Origin: a virus | Taxonomy: Duplodnaviria > Caudoviricetes | Strand: one strand, 5' to 3' | DNA: 63,139 nt | Virus record (IMG/VR): IMGVR_UViG_3300021371_000014 | Span: 1-63,139 of that record | Shown: one piece after another, positions 1 through 8,710 of the stretch | Layout of the letters: each line of letters opens with the position of its first letter | Position numbering within the stretch: the first letter of the stretch is position 1 | The notes under the pieces: generated by a model | The model's database searches: none | What the model was told of the DNA's origin: nothing | The model's input: the letters and a program-made list of their open reading frames with translations, nothing else | Made by a program: the position numbers and the translations under genes

Positions 1-2
1 TT

Positions 3-1667
3 ACAACATATGCAGCCGCTGCAAATCTCCCATCTTCTGGAAATTCAATTGGAGATTTAAGTTACACCGAAGATTCTTCGAAGCTATTTTTATGGAATGG
101 AGCTACTTGGAGACACATACTTACTGCAGAAGTTCCAAATTCTGCACCTTTCTTTACTTCAAACCAAAGAGGTATTTTGTCACTTGCTAAGGATGGAACT
201 ACCACTAATATTGATCTAGATGCGACTGATCCGGAAGGTACTACTATTACATGGGATTACACTGTAACAGCTGGTACACTAGGAAATACTGCTACAATAA
301 CTAATAATGGTAATGGTCAATTTGCAATCACCCCTTCTATTGATCCTGCAAATGCTGGAGAATTTGGATTAACATTCACAGCTTCAGATGGAGTTAATGT
401 TACTAATTCTAACCAACTTACATTTACTTTATACTTTAATTTAAATTGGGGAGCAGTAAATAGTAGTGTTAGTCCAACAGGTGCTATTACAAAGGATTTC
501 CTTGAGGTCGATGGTGATCCAATTCCAGTTAACTATTTCCCAGCCCAAGTAAAAGTTCAATCAAATGAGGTAGCTATAATTATTTCTAATACTACAAGTG
601 GTAGTATTTATGATGAATTAGTCATTGTTGACATTAGTGATCATTCTAACCCAAATATAACATTTAGAGAAAAAAATCCTTCAGCTTCTGAAGATCTTAC
701 TTTTATTGGATACAAGCAATTATTGTTTAATGATGAATGGATAGTCATTAGAACAGATTATGCAAACACAACAGTACATAGCTGTCTTGTATTCTACAAG
801 AAGACTAATAATACTTGGTCTAGACACTCGGTCATTAGTACATATAATGATGGCGTCGGGGGTCCTACATCATACATGGATTGGGATATAGAGAATAAAA
901 GACTAATGGTTATTCCTAGCAATTCCGCTACTAGTAAAATATTATTTTATCATTATAACTCAAGTACAGATGCGTGGGAATTAAACAGTACTATAAATGA
1001 AAGTAACTGGGGTTACTCCACATATATGTACTATTGTTCAATAAGAGGTCAATACGCAGTTGCAACTACTGGTACTGCAGGTTATTTAAAATTATTTTAT
1101 TATAATTCTGTAGATGATGTGTGGACATGGCAGACTGAAATAGATGATACTGGTTGGGACCCAACGAGGTCATATATCTTTTATACAAATACAGGTAGAG
1201 TTATTGTTTTGGCGCAGGGGCCAAATAACTATATAGAAGCTTGCGAAATTGATACTAGTTCGCATACTTTTACTGCTATCGACGGCGGCAGCGATATTGC
1301 ATCCGCGTCAAACTTATATACAACCTCGGCCGCCAGGGATACGAAAGGGTTATGGATTGGCCATCATGATATATATGACGATGGTGATTATGCTTATGGT
1401 TTTTGGACAAGGTCCTCAGCCATGTCCAATTCCATTGCTAGTACTTTCGTACAGTTCCAACCGACCACTCCAGCAAATAAATACCTCTCAAGAGTAAATG
1501 CCGCTAATGCGCAAGTTTGCTTTCCATCAATCTCTGATATACAGTTAGGAGCTGGTGATAAGTTCAATACTATTTCAGTATGCCCAAGCAGCGGAAATAT
1601 GGCAGTTGGGTCATATGAATGGAATACCTCATATGGTAAAATTTGGCTGTTCAGAGCTACAAGCTAA
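3..1667 (+). CDS. Virion accessory/adhesin-like protein, 5'-truncated by the window (shared N-module, cadherin/Ig-like DPEG domain, beta-rich C-terminus)
   Basis: Frame is open from nt 3 (TTYAAAANLPSSGNSIGDLSYTEDSSKLFLWNGATW), upstream of the track's TTG start at 177; DLDATDPEG...FTASDG motif is shared with ORFs at 1685, 10699 and 12424. Confidence 0.7.
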   Translation, partial: TTYAAAANLPSSGNSIGDLSYTEDSSKLFLWNGATWRHILTAEVPNSAPFFTSNQRGILSLAKDGTTTNIDLDATDPEGTTITWDYTVTAGTLGNTATITNNGNGQFAITPSIDPANAGEFGLTFTASDGVNVTNSNQLTFTLYFNLNWGAVNSSVSPTGAITKDFLEVDGDPIPVNYFPAQVKVQSNEVAIIISNTTSGSIYDELVIVDISDHSNPNITFREKNPSASEDLTFIGYKQLLFNDEWIVIRTDYANTTVHSCLVFYKKTNNTWSRHSVISTYNDGVGGPTSYMDWDIENKRLMVIPSNSATSKILFYHYNSSTDAWELNSTINESNWGYSTYMYYCSIRGQYAVATTGTAGYLKLFYYNSVDDVWTWQTEIDDTGWDPTRSYIFYTNTGRVIVLAQGPNNYIEACEIDTSSHTFTAIDGGSDIASASNLYTTSAARDTKGLWIGHHDIYDDGDYAYGFWTRSSAMSNSIASTFVQFQPTTPANKYLSRVNAANAQVCFPSISDIQLGAGDKFNTISVCPSSGNMAVGSYEWNTSYGKIWLFRATS

Positions 1668-1684
1668 ATCACAAGGAAAAAACA

Positions 1685-4177
1685 ATGACGAGTTTTTCAA
1701 ACTTTAAATCAAGAATAGTTAAAGAATCATCTGCAGCTGCAGATCCAGCTAATCAAGTGTCTAGCGGAGGAGCTGGCACTACTGAGTACGCTACAACTTT
1801 AGATATGCCGACGTCTGGTATTGATGTCGGTTCAATGGGATTCGTAGCTGCAACAAACTCTTTGTATATATGGACCGGTACTTCTTGGTTCAATATCGCA
1901 ACGACTAACCAAGCACCTACGGCTATCACCGGCGGAAATTCAAGCTATAGCTTGAGTGCAATTGGTGATCCAACAGTAGTTACTCTAGTGTCTAGCGATC
2001 CCGAAGGATTCCCTCTCACATGGTCTGCTACTACGTCCGGTGATTCTCAAGTGGGTACATTGACTCAGGCGGACAACGTCTTTACTATTACTCCGAGTAC
2101 AGATACAGCCGATGCTGGTATACTTAGTGTGACTTTTAGCGTTACAGATGGTACTAACACAGAGACTACTATTAGCACCTTCACACTAGCTTTCACTAGT
2201 GCTTTATGGGACGAAACAAGATTAAATATTGGTACTTCGAACACCGATGCAATAGGCAACTCTACATTCGTTGACCGCTCAACGAATGCACGTACTGTCA
2301 ATATCAACGGTGGCACTCCAGTCCAAACAGCATTCCATCCGTATCTGGATAATTGGAGTGTAGATTTTAGTGGAACTAATTATTTAACAATCCCCTATAG
2401 TACTGATTTTGCTTTTGGTGAGCAAGCATCACCTCCAAGCTGGACATTAGAGTTATGGATGAAACCAAACGCGTATGCTGATGCGCAGACCATAACTGGT
2501 ATGAGTAACGGTGGAGGTAATACAAGTAAATGGACTATGTATTTTAATGCAGGTACAGGGCATACACACCAAGATAATCGATTTGCTTTTTACACTTGGA
2601 ACAGTGTTGGCCATAATTGGATTAATGTTGAAGTAATATGGGATTATAGTAAATGGTATCACATCGCAGTAGTATATGATCAACCCACAAATACAACAAC
2701 TTTATATTTGGATGGTGTTTCACTGGGCACAATTACAGGGAATGTGGGTAATGTTGCAAACACTAAACCATTAATAATTGGGGCTGATGGTGAATTGTAT
2801 AAAAGATTTCGTGGATACATATCAAACTATAGAATACTAAACGGAACAGCATTATACAGCGGTTCATCTTTTACTCCTCCCGAAGAAAATCTAACTGCAA
2901 TCTCTGATACTGTTATGTTAACGTGTCAGTCAAATCGATTCATTGATAACTCATCTAGTGCTCATACATTTACTCTTACAGGTGATCCAAAGGTATCTGC
3001 ATTCAATCCATATGGCCAAGGATCAGAATATAACGTTGGTGAAAACAAAGGATCGGTATACTTTAACGCTGCAGGTGGTCTAGATGTAACATCTTGTACT
3101 GATATAGGGACTGGAGATTTCACATTCCAAGCGTGGATATACCCCCGATCTGTGGCTGGAACTAAAATGATAATCTCAAACAGAGGTGATGGTGGTTCAA
3201 TTTTTCTAGGAACTGACGGAACAGAATTCTATCCTTATGTGGGTGGTTCATACAAAACATCTGGTGCAGGGTTGAGAGCGTATGAGTGGTCGCATGTAGC
3301 ATTTTGTAGAACATCTGGGTCTATAGAAACTTATGTCAATGGAGTAAAGTATGGAACTGTGGCACAGGGTGGAGATCTATTTGGAACTACTGGATATTTA
3401 ATAGGTAGTGGTGATGTTGGTCAGTGGGATGGTTGGATTGCTGATTTACAAGTGACAACTACTGCTCAATATACAGGAGGTTCTTACACAATTCCTACAG
3501 CACCGGTTGGTACAACTAATGCAGACGTATACCTCCCAATGGACAACGCAGGTATCTTTGATAAGACAAGTAATCATAAGCAAATAACATTGAATGGAGA
3601 TGTTTCTACATCTACTACACAGACCAAATTTGCCAATTCTGCGATATCCTTTGATGGAACAGGGGATTCAATTATTATTAATGATTATGCTTTCTTTAAT
3701 TTTGGTAGTTCTGATTTCACTATTGAGGCATGGCTATATAATAATAACACTGGCAACATGGGTATTTTTGGAAAAAGAGACACTAATACACAATATGGAA
3801 CAACTCAACTAGATATTTTTAGTGGTAAAATCAGATTTTTAATATCGTTAAATAATGGTGGATGGAATTCATCTAGTCAAACTAGTTATACTGTTCCAAG
3901 TAATACGTGGTGGCATTTAGCTTTAGTTAGAGATACATCCAACAGTACATTAACGTGTTATGCTGATGGAAACAATGTTGGTCAATTGACCAGTTTCACC
4001 GGAGCTTTTGTTGATACTACATTTCCGTTTATAATAGGAAATAGTGTTGCGAACTTTACGGAATCACCGTTTAATGGTTATATTGAAAACTTTCAAGTAC
4101 TTAAAGGGACTGCTAAGTACACTGCAAACTTTACACCGCCTACACAAACCCAGGGTAAAACATATCAAGCGGAATAA
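1685..4177 (+). CDS. Virion protein with cadherin/Ig-like domain and multiple LamG/concanavalin-A-like domains
   Basis: ATG 1685 follows AAGGA RBS; repeated LamG-type motifs (WTLELW...WYHIAVV...LYLDG; DFTFQAW...WSHVAF; DFTIEAW...WWHLALVR; FNGYI). Confidence 0.75.
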   Translation: MTSFSNFKSRIVKESSAAADPANQVSSGGAGTTEYATTLDMPTSGIDVGSMGFVAATNSLYIWTGTSWFNIATTNQAPTAITGGNSSYSLSAIGDPTVVTLVSSDPEGFPLTWSATTSGDSQVGTLTQADNVFTITPSTDTADAGILSVTFSVTDGTNTETTISTFTLAFTSALWDETRLNIGTSNTDAIGNSTFVDRSTNARTVNINGGTPVQTAFHPYLDNWSVDFSGTNYLTIPYSTDFAFGEQASPPSWTLELWMKPNAYADAQTITGMSNGGGNTSKWTMYFNAGTGHTHQDNRFAFYTWNSVGHNWINVEVIWDYSKWYHIAVVYDQPTNTTTLYLDGVSLGTITGNVGNVANTKPLIIGADGELYKRFRGYISNYRILNGTALYSGSSFTPPEENLTAISDTVMLTCQSNRFIDNSSSAHTFTLTGDPKVSAFNPYGQGSEYNVGENKGSVYFNAAGGLDVTSCTDIGTGDFTFQAWIYPRSVAGTKMIISNRGDGGSIFLGTDGTEFYPYVGGSYKTSGAGLRAYEWSHVAFCRTSGSIETYVNGVKYGTVAQGGDLFGTTGYLIGSGDVGQWDGWIADLQVTTTAQYTGGSYTIPTAPVGTTNADVYLPMDNAGIFDKTSNHKQITLNGDVSTSTTQTKFANSAISFDGTGDSIIINDYAFFNFGSSDFTIEAWLYNNNTGNMGIFGKRDTNTQYGTTQLDIFSGKIRFLISLNNGGWNSSSQTSYTVPSNTWWHLALVRDTSNSTLTCYADGNNVGQLTSFTGAFVDTTFPFIIGNSVANFTESPFNGYIENFQVLKGTAKYTANFTPPTQTQGKTYQAE

Positions 4178-4183
4178 TAATAA

Positions 4184-4696
4184 ATGAAAAAATTTAAGCA
4201 ACTGAGGGAAGATCTTATGCCACAATGGCTGCGTAAGATTGTTATGGCCCCTAAAATGAAAAAGCTGGTGAGAGCTTATCTTAACTGGAGAAGAGAAAAT
4301 CCAGGTAAAGGTGATAAAGGAGTCCAAGAAGTTATCAAACTTCTTGGGCTTCAGCCTCGTGATGGAAATCAGCTAATTGATACTTTGAATGATATGACTA
4401 AAAAAGGTCAGCTACCCAAGCATCTTGCATTACCTGAAGAGTATAAATACTTAGAAGGGACGCCGGAAGCAGCTAAACATGCTAAAAAAATGACTCCAGG
4501 GCAAAATGAAGGAACAGCTCAAATTAGAATGAATCGAGCTTTAAAAAAGCACGGCGTCGGAAAAAACGACGATTTCTATAAGAGTAAAATGGATTCTGAA
4601 ACTCGTAAAAAATACGAGCCAAAAAAAGTTGAAAGAAAACCTGTTTCGGTTGAACCTCCGAAACATAAACCTTTCTCTTGGATTAAAACGAAATAA
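4184..4696 (+). CDS. Hypothetical protein, possible internal head protein
   Basis: Lys-rich ORF; N-terminus MKKFKQLRE resembles the T4 capsid-targeting sequence. Confidence 0.55.
   Translation: MKKFKQLREDLMPQWLRKIVMAPKMKKLVRAYLNWRRENPGKGDKGVQEVIKLLGLQPRDGNQLIDTLNDMTKKGQLPKHLALPEEYKYLEGTPEAAKHAKKMTPGQNEGTAQIRMNRALKKHGVGKNDDFYKSKMDSETRKKYEPKKVERKPVSVEPPKHKPFSWIKTK
4442..4449 (+). promoter_or_regulatory. T4-type late promoter TATAAATA (intragenic)
   Basis: Exact consensus; upstream of the co-oriented 4708-8654 genes. Confidence 0.4.
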
Positions 4697-4707
4697 AGGA
4701 ACTAATA

Positions 4708-5070
4708 ATGAGTTCTATAGATAGATTTAAGTTATTTAGAGAAGACGCAATTGACGATGACTGCGAATGTCAAGATCTATATGAAGATCTTGCAATTGTT
4801 GAATCAGAATATCAAGGGCGCAAAGTAAAACTAAACGATCCGTTTAGAACTGCAGATGGCCCAAAGAAATTTTCTGTATACGTCAAAAACGAAAAAGGTA
4901 ATGTTGTGAAGGTTAACTTTGGAGATCCAAACATGGAGATCAAAAGAGATGACCCAGCGCGCAGAAAAAGTTTCCGCGCAAGACATAATTGTGAAAATCC
5001 AGGTCCAAAATGGAAAGCACGTTATTGGTCTTGTTATCAGTGGAGATCTGGAAGTAAGGTTGACAGCTAA
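4708..5070 (+). CDS. Conserved T4-like phage hypothetical protein
   Basis: AAGGA RBS; KKFSVYV...VNFGDPNM...RRKSFRARHNC...ARYWSC pattern recalled from large phages. Confidence 0.7.
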   Translation: MSSIDRFKLFREDAIDDDCECQDLYEDLAIVESEYQGRKVKLNDPFRTADGPKKFSVYVKNEKGNVVKVNFGDPNMEIKRDDPARRKSFRARHNCENPGPKWKARYWSCYQWRSGSKVDS

Positions 5071-5354
5071 TGGTAAATGATAACACCACAGCTCGGTTAG
5101 ATAGAATCGAGCAAAAACTAGACGAGATCGCATACATTATGGTATCGCTCGCAAAAGCTGAAGAAAAGATCGAGTCATTGCAAAAGGACCACGGTCAAAT
5201 GTACGAAAGAATCAATCGACTTTCAGAAAAACTAGATGATATTGAGAAGAAAGTTGATGAAAACCACCGTACAGTATGTTTAATTAATAAATTGTTCTGG
5301 CTAACGCTTGTTGCTGTTGCCGGTTCTTTATTATCACAAGTAGTAGGATTATAA
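5070..5354 (+). CDS. Coiled-coil protein with C-terminal transmembrane helix
   Basis: Heptad-like LDRIEQKLDEI; hydrophobic LFWLTLVAVAGSLLSQVVGL; TAATG coupling. Confidence 0.65.
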   Translation: MVNDNTTARLDRIEQKLDEIAYIMVSLAKAEEKIESLQKDHGQMYERINRLSEKLDDIEKKVDENHRTVCLINKLFWLTLVAVAGSLLSQVVGL

Positions 5355-5357
5355 TAA

Positions 5358-6518
5358 ATGGATATTAAGTACTATAAAAATTTGGCTGCGGCGTATGCTA
5401 CGATTAAAGAAGGAACCTTCATTATTCCAGAAGAAGTCCCAGCCAACGAAAGAACAGCTTTTCATGGTGCCGCAGCTGCAGCACATAAAGCCGGTAAAAC
5501 ACACTTCAATTTTGGTGGGAAAAAACATCCTGTCACAATGAAAAATGACACGGCAAAAGCTATAGCAGATGAGACTCAATGCCCGAAGTGTAAGGGCGAA
5601 GGCTGTGACCATTGTGATGGCAAAGGTACCCACGAAGCATATAAGTCTTGCAGTAGTAAATCTAAGAAAGAAGGCTATGAAGACTTTGATAAAGTCTTAA
5701 AGAAAAAGAAAAAAACTGGAGAAGATGATCCAGAATCAAAAGCAGCGGGCAATGAAATTGAAATGAACCCTAAGACTGAAAATGTAAGATCGGCTGATAA
5801 GAAACCAGAAGTATATGTTGCACCCGATGGAAAAAAACACACTCGCATGGTGCCTGTTGATAAAGAAGTTGTTAAAACAAAGGAGTCTACTGATATGTCA
5901 ATTAGACAAAAATTAATGGCAGTGCTTGAAAATAGAGGAGAGCATTATAAAAGTGCAACTCAACCTGAAACAATGGATGATACTTATAAGGGCGCTGGTG
6001 CTAAAAAAATGAAAGACGACAATAAAGATACTGGCGAATATCTAGATCTTGAAAAGAAGTCTCATGATGATGCATCAAAGGCTGGTCGAGTAACTAAGCC
6101 TTCCGCTAAGAATGCTACAGATAAAGATACAAAGGGTGATAAGAATATTATCAATCCAGTGAAAGATACTACTAAAGCTGGTAAAGGTGATCCATCGGTG
6201 AAAGAATCATTCTCGCGAGTAGTAAGATCAGTAGCTAATGCATATAAATCAATGTATGAAGAAGTAGATGTTGATCATCACATGGATCATCATGAAAAAC
6301 ATACAGACTTAGCAAAAAAACATTCTGATGCTGCAAAGGATGCTCGCGACGCAGGCGCAAGTGATCATGCTGTTCATCATATGATGGCGGCCGACTTACA
6401 CAGATCTGCTGCTAAGAAACATGATATGGCTACATCACCCGCTAAAGCCGCTGCAGCAAAGTCTTTGACTAGAAAAGCAATGGCTGCATCACAGAAAGCA
6501 GATGCTCTTGATAAGTAA
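5358..6518 (+). CDS. Charged low-complexity protein with CxxCxGxG zinc-finger and His-rich tail; possible internal head protein
   Basis: CPKCKGEGCDHCDGKG; K/E/D-rich; C-terminal HHMDHHEKH...HHMMAADLH. Confidence 0.65.
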   Translation: MDIKYYKNLAAAYATIKEGTFIIPEEVPANERTAFHGAAAAAHKAGKTHFNFGGKKHPVTMKNDTAKAIADETQCPKCKGEGCDHCDGKGTHEAYKSCSSKSKKEGYEDFDKVLKKKKKTGEDDPESKAAGNEIEMNPKTENVRSADKKPEVYVAPDGKKHTRMVPVDKEVVKTKESTDMSIRQKLMAVLENRGEHYKSATQPETMDDTYKGAGAKKMKDDNKDTGEYLDLEKKSHDDASKAGRVTKPSAKNATDKDTKGDKNIINPVKDTTKAGKGDPSVKESFSRVVRSVANAYKSMYEEVDVDHHMDHHEKHTDLAKKHSDAAKDARDAGASDHAVHHMMAADLHRSAAKKHDMATSPAKAAAAKSLTRKAMAASQKADALDK

Positions 6519-6527
6519 GGAAGTATA

Positions 6528-6809
6528 ATGAAAAATGCAAAGGCAACCACAAGAGGATGGATTAATCCAAGAACAGGAGAACTTTTAAAAGTTCAAAAAA
6601 TGACTCAAGAAAAAGCTGATATGCTCAATGGTGTTAAGCCAGAGCCAGTAAAAGTTGAACCTGTAAAAGAAATCCAAATCCCAGAAGAACCTAAAACAGA
6701 AGTGCGTTTAGGTGGATCGGCAATTGAAGTTGAGAAAAAAGAAGAAACTCCAAAGTCAATATTCATGAGTCGTTTAGGCGGAAGCAAGTTTAAGCTAGAA
6801 GACAAGTAA
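6528..6809 (+). CDS. Hypothetical protein
   Basis: TAAGGA RBS; ORF in operon. Confidence 0.65.
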   Translation: MKNAKATTRGWINPRTGELLKVQKMTQEKADMLNGVKPEPVKVEPVKEIQIPEEPKTEVRLGGSAIEVEKKEETPKSIFMSRLGGSKFKLEDK

Positions 6810-6843
6810 TATATAATCTCTGTATGGTTGGAGATTATTATAC

Positions 6844-7206
6844 ATGTTACTTAAACTAAATGAAAAAAATGTAATGCTTTATGCCGCGAAGCATTATGAT
6901 AATCCCACGTTTTCTGACGTGGATGAATTTTATGAAGATCTAAAAAGATTTAAGTATATCAAGCGGCTTGTCAATAGATATATTGAAAATCAAGAATTGG
7001 CTGAAAGACTTATATTAAATCATTTAGTTGTAGTGTTTAACGTATTTGGTATCGAATGCTCATTAAATATTTTAGAATTAAAAATGAATAAAGAGCAATT
7101 TAAAGTCTTAAAGCCTTTTTTAATATTTTTAAAATACATAACAAATGATCAATATACTGAAATGGAAATGGATTCATACATAGTCAATAAATTAAGGGCA
7201 ATATAA
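6844..7206 (+). CDS. Conserved T4-like hypothetical protein
   Basis: YAAKHYDNP...EFYEDLKRFKYIKRL...LILNH pattern typical of marine T4-like phages; GGAG RBS. Confidence 0.75.
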   Translation: MLLKLNEKNVMLYAAKHYDNPTFSDVDEFYEDLKRFKYIKRLVNRYIENQELAERLILNHLVVVFNVFGIECSLNILELKMNKEQFKVLKPFLIFLKYITNDQYTEMEMDSYIVNKLRAI

Positions 7207-7793
7207 TGGGACTAGTAAAAAGAGCTGCTGACTTAGCATTTACCTTTAGATTTATCCGCATGCTAGTAATGGATTGGAGCGATTGGGACGCAGTTAAACT
7301 TGGAATACTTGATGATGAAGGCAAGAGAATTAAATCTGAAAAATTAGATACCGATGAAAAAAAATCTGCCTATACTCCTTTTATTCGTCTTGCTGCTAAT
7401 GTTAAGCGGTTGCTCAACAAGATTCCAGGTGGAGGAACAAAGCTGGGAAGTTTTGCTGCAGCACTCTATTTAATTAAAGAAAGATATAACTTATCAGATA
7501 ATACAATAAAAAATATTGTAGAAAAATTAGAAATTGACACTCTTGATTTTTTACTTGAAAAAAGTGAATGGTTTGTGCTACAGAATAAGCAGCTGTGTCC
7601 TGGCATATACAGATTAAAAGAAAGCAAAATGTGCAATGAAGCAATTGATGTAGATCTTAATCCTAATGATAGAATAGTAGTTCCTGTTGATTCTTTTCCA
7701 GTGGGAAATGTCTTTGGTATAGATATATATGAAGCTGAGCATGGTCGAACTAAGAAAAAGATTTACATAGCAGTAAATGAGATTCAAAAATGA
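7206..7793 (+). CDS. Conserved T4-like hypothetical protein
   Basis: TAATG coupling; FRFIRML...LGILD...AYTPFIRL...FAAALYLIKE. Confidence 0.7.
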   Translation: MGLVKRAADLAFTFRFIRMLVMDWSDWDAVKLGILDDEGKRIKSEKLDTDEKKSAYTPFIRLAANVKRLLNKIPGGGTKLGSFAAALYLIKERYNLSDNTIKNIVEKLEIDTLDFLLEKSEWFVLQNKQLCPGIYRLKESKMCNEAIDVDLNPNDRIVVPVDSFPVGNVFGIDIYEAEHGRTKKKIYIAVNEIQK

Positions 7794-8065
7794 ACGAAAA
7801 ATCACAAGGCCTTTGGGCTAATATTCATGCTAAGCGTAAAAGAGGTGAAAGAATGCGCAAGAAAGGGGAAAAGGGTGCGCCTACTCAAGATGCTATTCGA
7901 TCAGCTCAAAAAGAAGAAATGACCACTACAGCATCAATCCCCAATCCAGCAGATACTGCAATGGGGCCTAGGCTAACAACAACAAATGTTACAGACAGAA
8001 GACGTAGAAAGGATAAACTGCCGGTTTTACTTAAGCGTTTTCGTAAATATGTAGAGGAAAAATAA
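7790..8065 (+). CDS. Hypothetical basic protein
   Basis: ATGA overlap; GLWANIHAKRKRGE...GAPT motif. Confidence 0.65.
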   Translation: MNEKSQGLWANIHAKRKRGERMRKKGEKGAPTQDAIRSAQKEEMTTTASIPNPADTAMGPRLTTTNVTDRRRRKDKLPVLLKRFRKYVEEK

Positions 8066-8067
8066 TA

Positions 8068-8193
8068 ATGAATATATTACTCTGGGTTGCCATCGGCGCC
8101 TTTATTGGATGGAATATGCCACAGCCGTGGTACGCAAAAGCGATTCAAAATTGGGTCGTATCAAAACTTCAAAACTTCTCAAAGGCTAAGTAA
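8068..8193 (+). CDS. Small membrane protein (41 aa, not in ORF track)
   Basis: MNILLWVAIGAFIGWNMPQPWYAKAIQNWVVSKLQNFSKAK; GAGG RBS; stop overlaps next ATG (TAATG). Confidence 0.65.
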   Translation: MNILLWVAIGAFIGWNMPQPWYAKAIQNWVVSKLQNFSKAK

Positions 8194-8654
8194 TGCTAGC
8201 TACAGTATTAGGGGCCGTCACCGGCTTTGGTGGTTCTATAATACCCGCTGTTATAGATTTCTTTAAAGAAAAAAACGAAAGTAAAGTTCGTCTTGAAGAA
8301 ATGAAAATGAGAGCAGAGTTGATGGCCGCTGGCGTAGAAGTTGATCTTAAGAAATTTCAAGCACGTGCTAAAGATGATGAGCACGCTCGGTTGATTGCAC
8401 ACGATATCTCATTACAAAATGATACTGGATTAATGGCTGGACTTCGTAAGTCAGTCCGACCTGTAATCACGTATGCTTTTTTCATTTTGTTCTGCACCGT
8501 AGAAGGTGTTATGATTTATCATGCATTGCAACAGGGTGTGGATATCGTTTCAGTTATGGAACATGTCTGGGATGATGAAACTCAAGCAATATTTGCTGCT
8601 ATTATATCATTTTGGTTTGGTTCTCGAGCAATCGAAAAATCACGCAAAAAGTAG
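8193..8654 (+). CDS. Putative 3-TM holin (GTA_holin_3TM-like)
   Basis: Three hydrophobic segments; SVRPVITY...IISFWFGSR signature. Confidence 0.6.
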   Translation: MLATVLGAVTGFGGSIIPAVIDFFKEKNESKVRLEEMKMRAELMAAGVEVDLKKFQARAKDDEHARLIAHDISLQNDTGLMAGLRKSVRPVITYAFFILFCTVEGVMIYHALQQGVDIVSVMEHVWDDETQAIFAAIISFWFGSRAIEKSRKK

Positions 8655-8683
8655 TTTACTTTTACTGCGAAACAAGATATAAT
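8654..8683 (+). promoter_or_regulatory. Early (sigma70-type, T4-like) promoter for nrdA
   Basis: GTTTAC-N18-TATAAT. Confidence 0.7.
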
Positions 8684-8710
8684 AGATCATTAACATGAGG
8701 TACGGAATAA

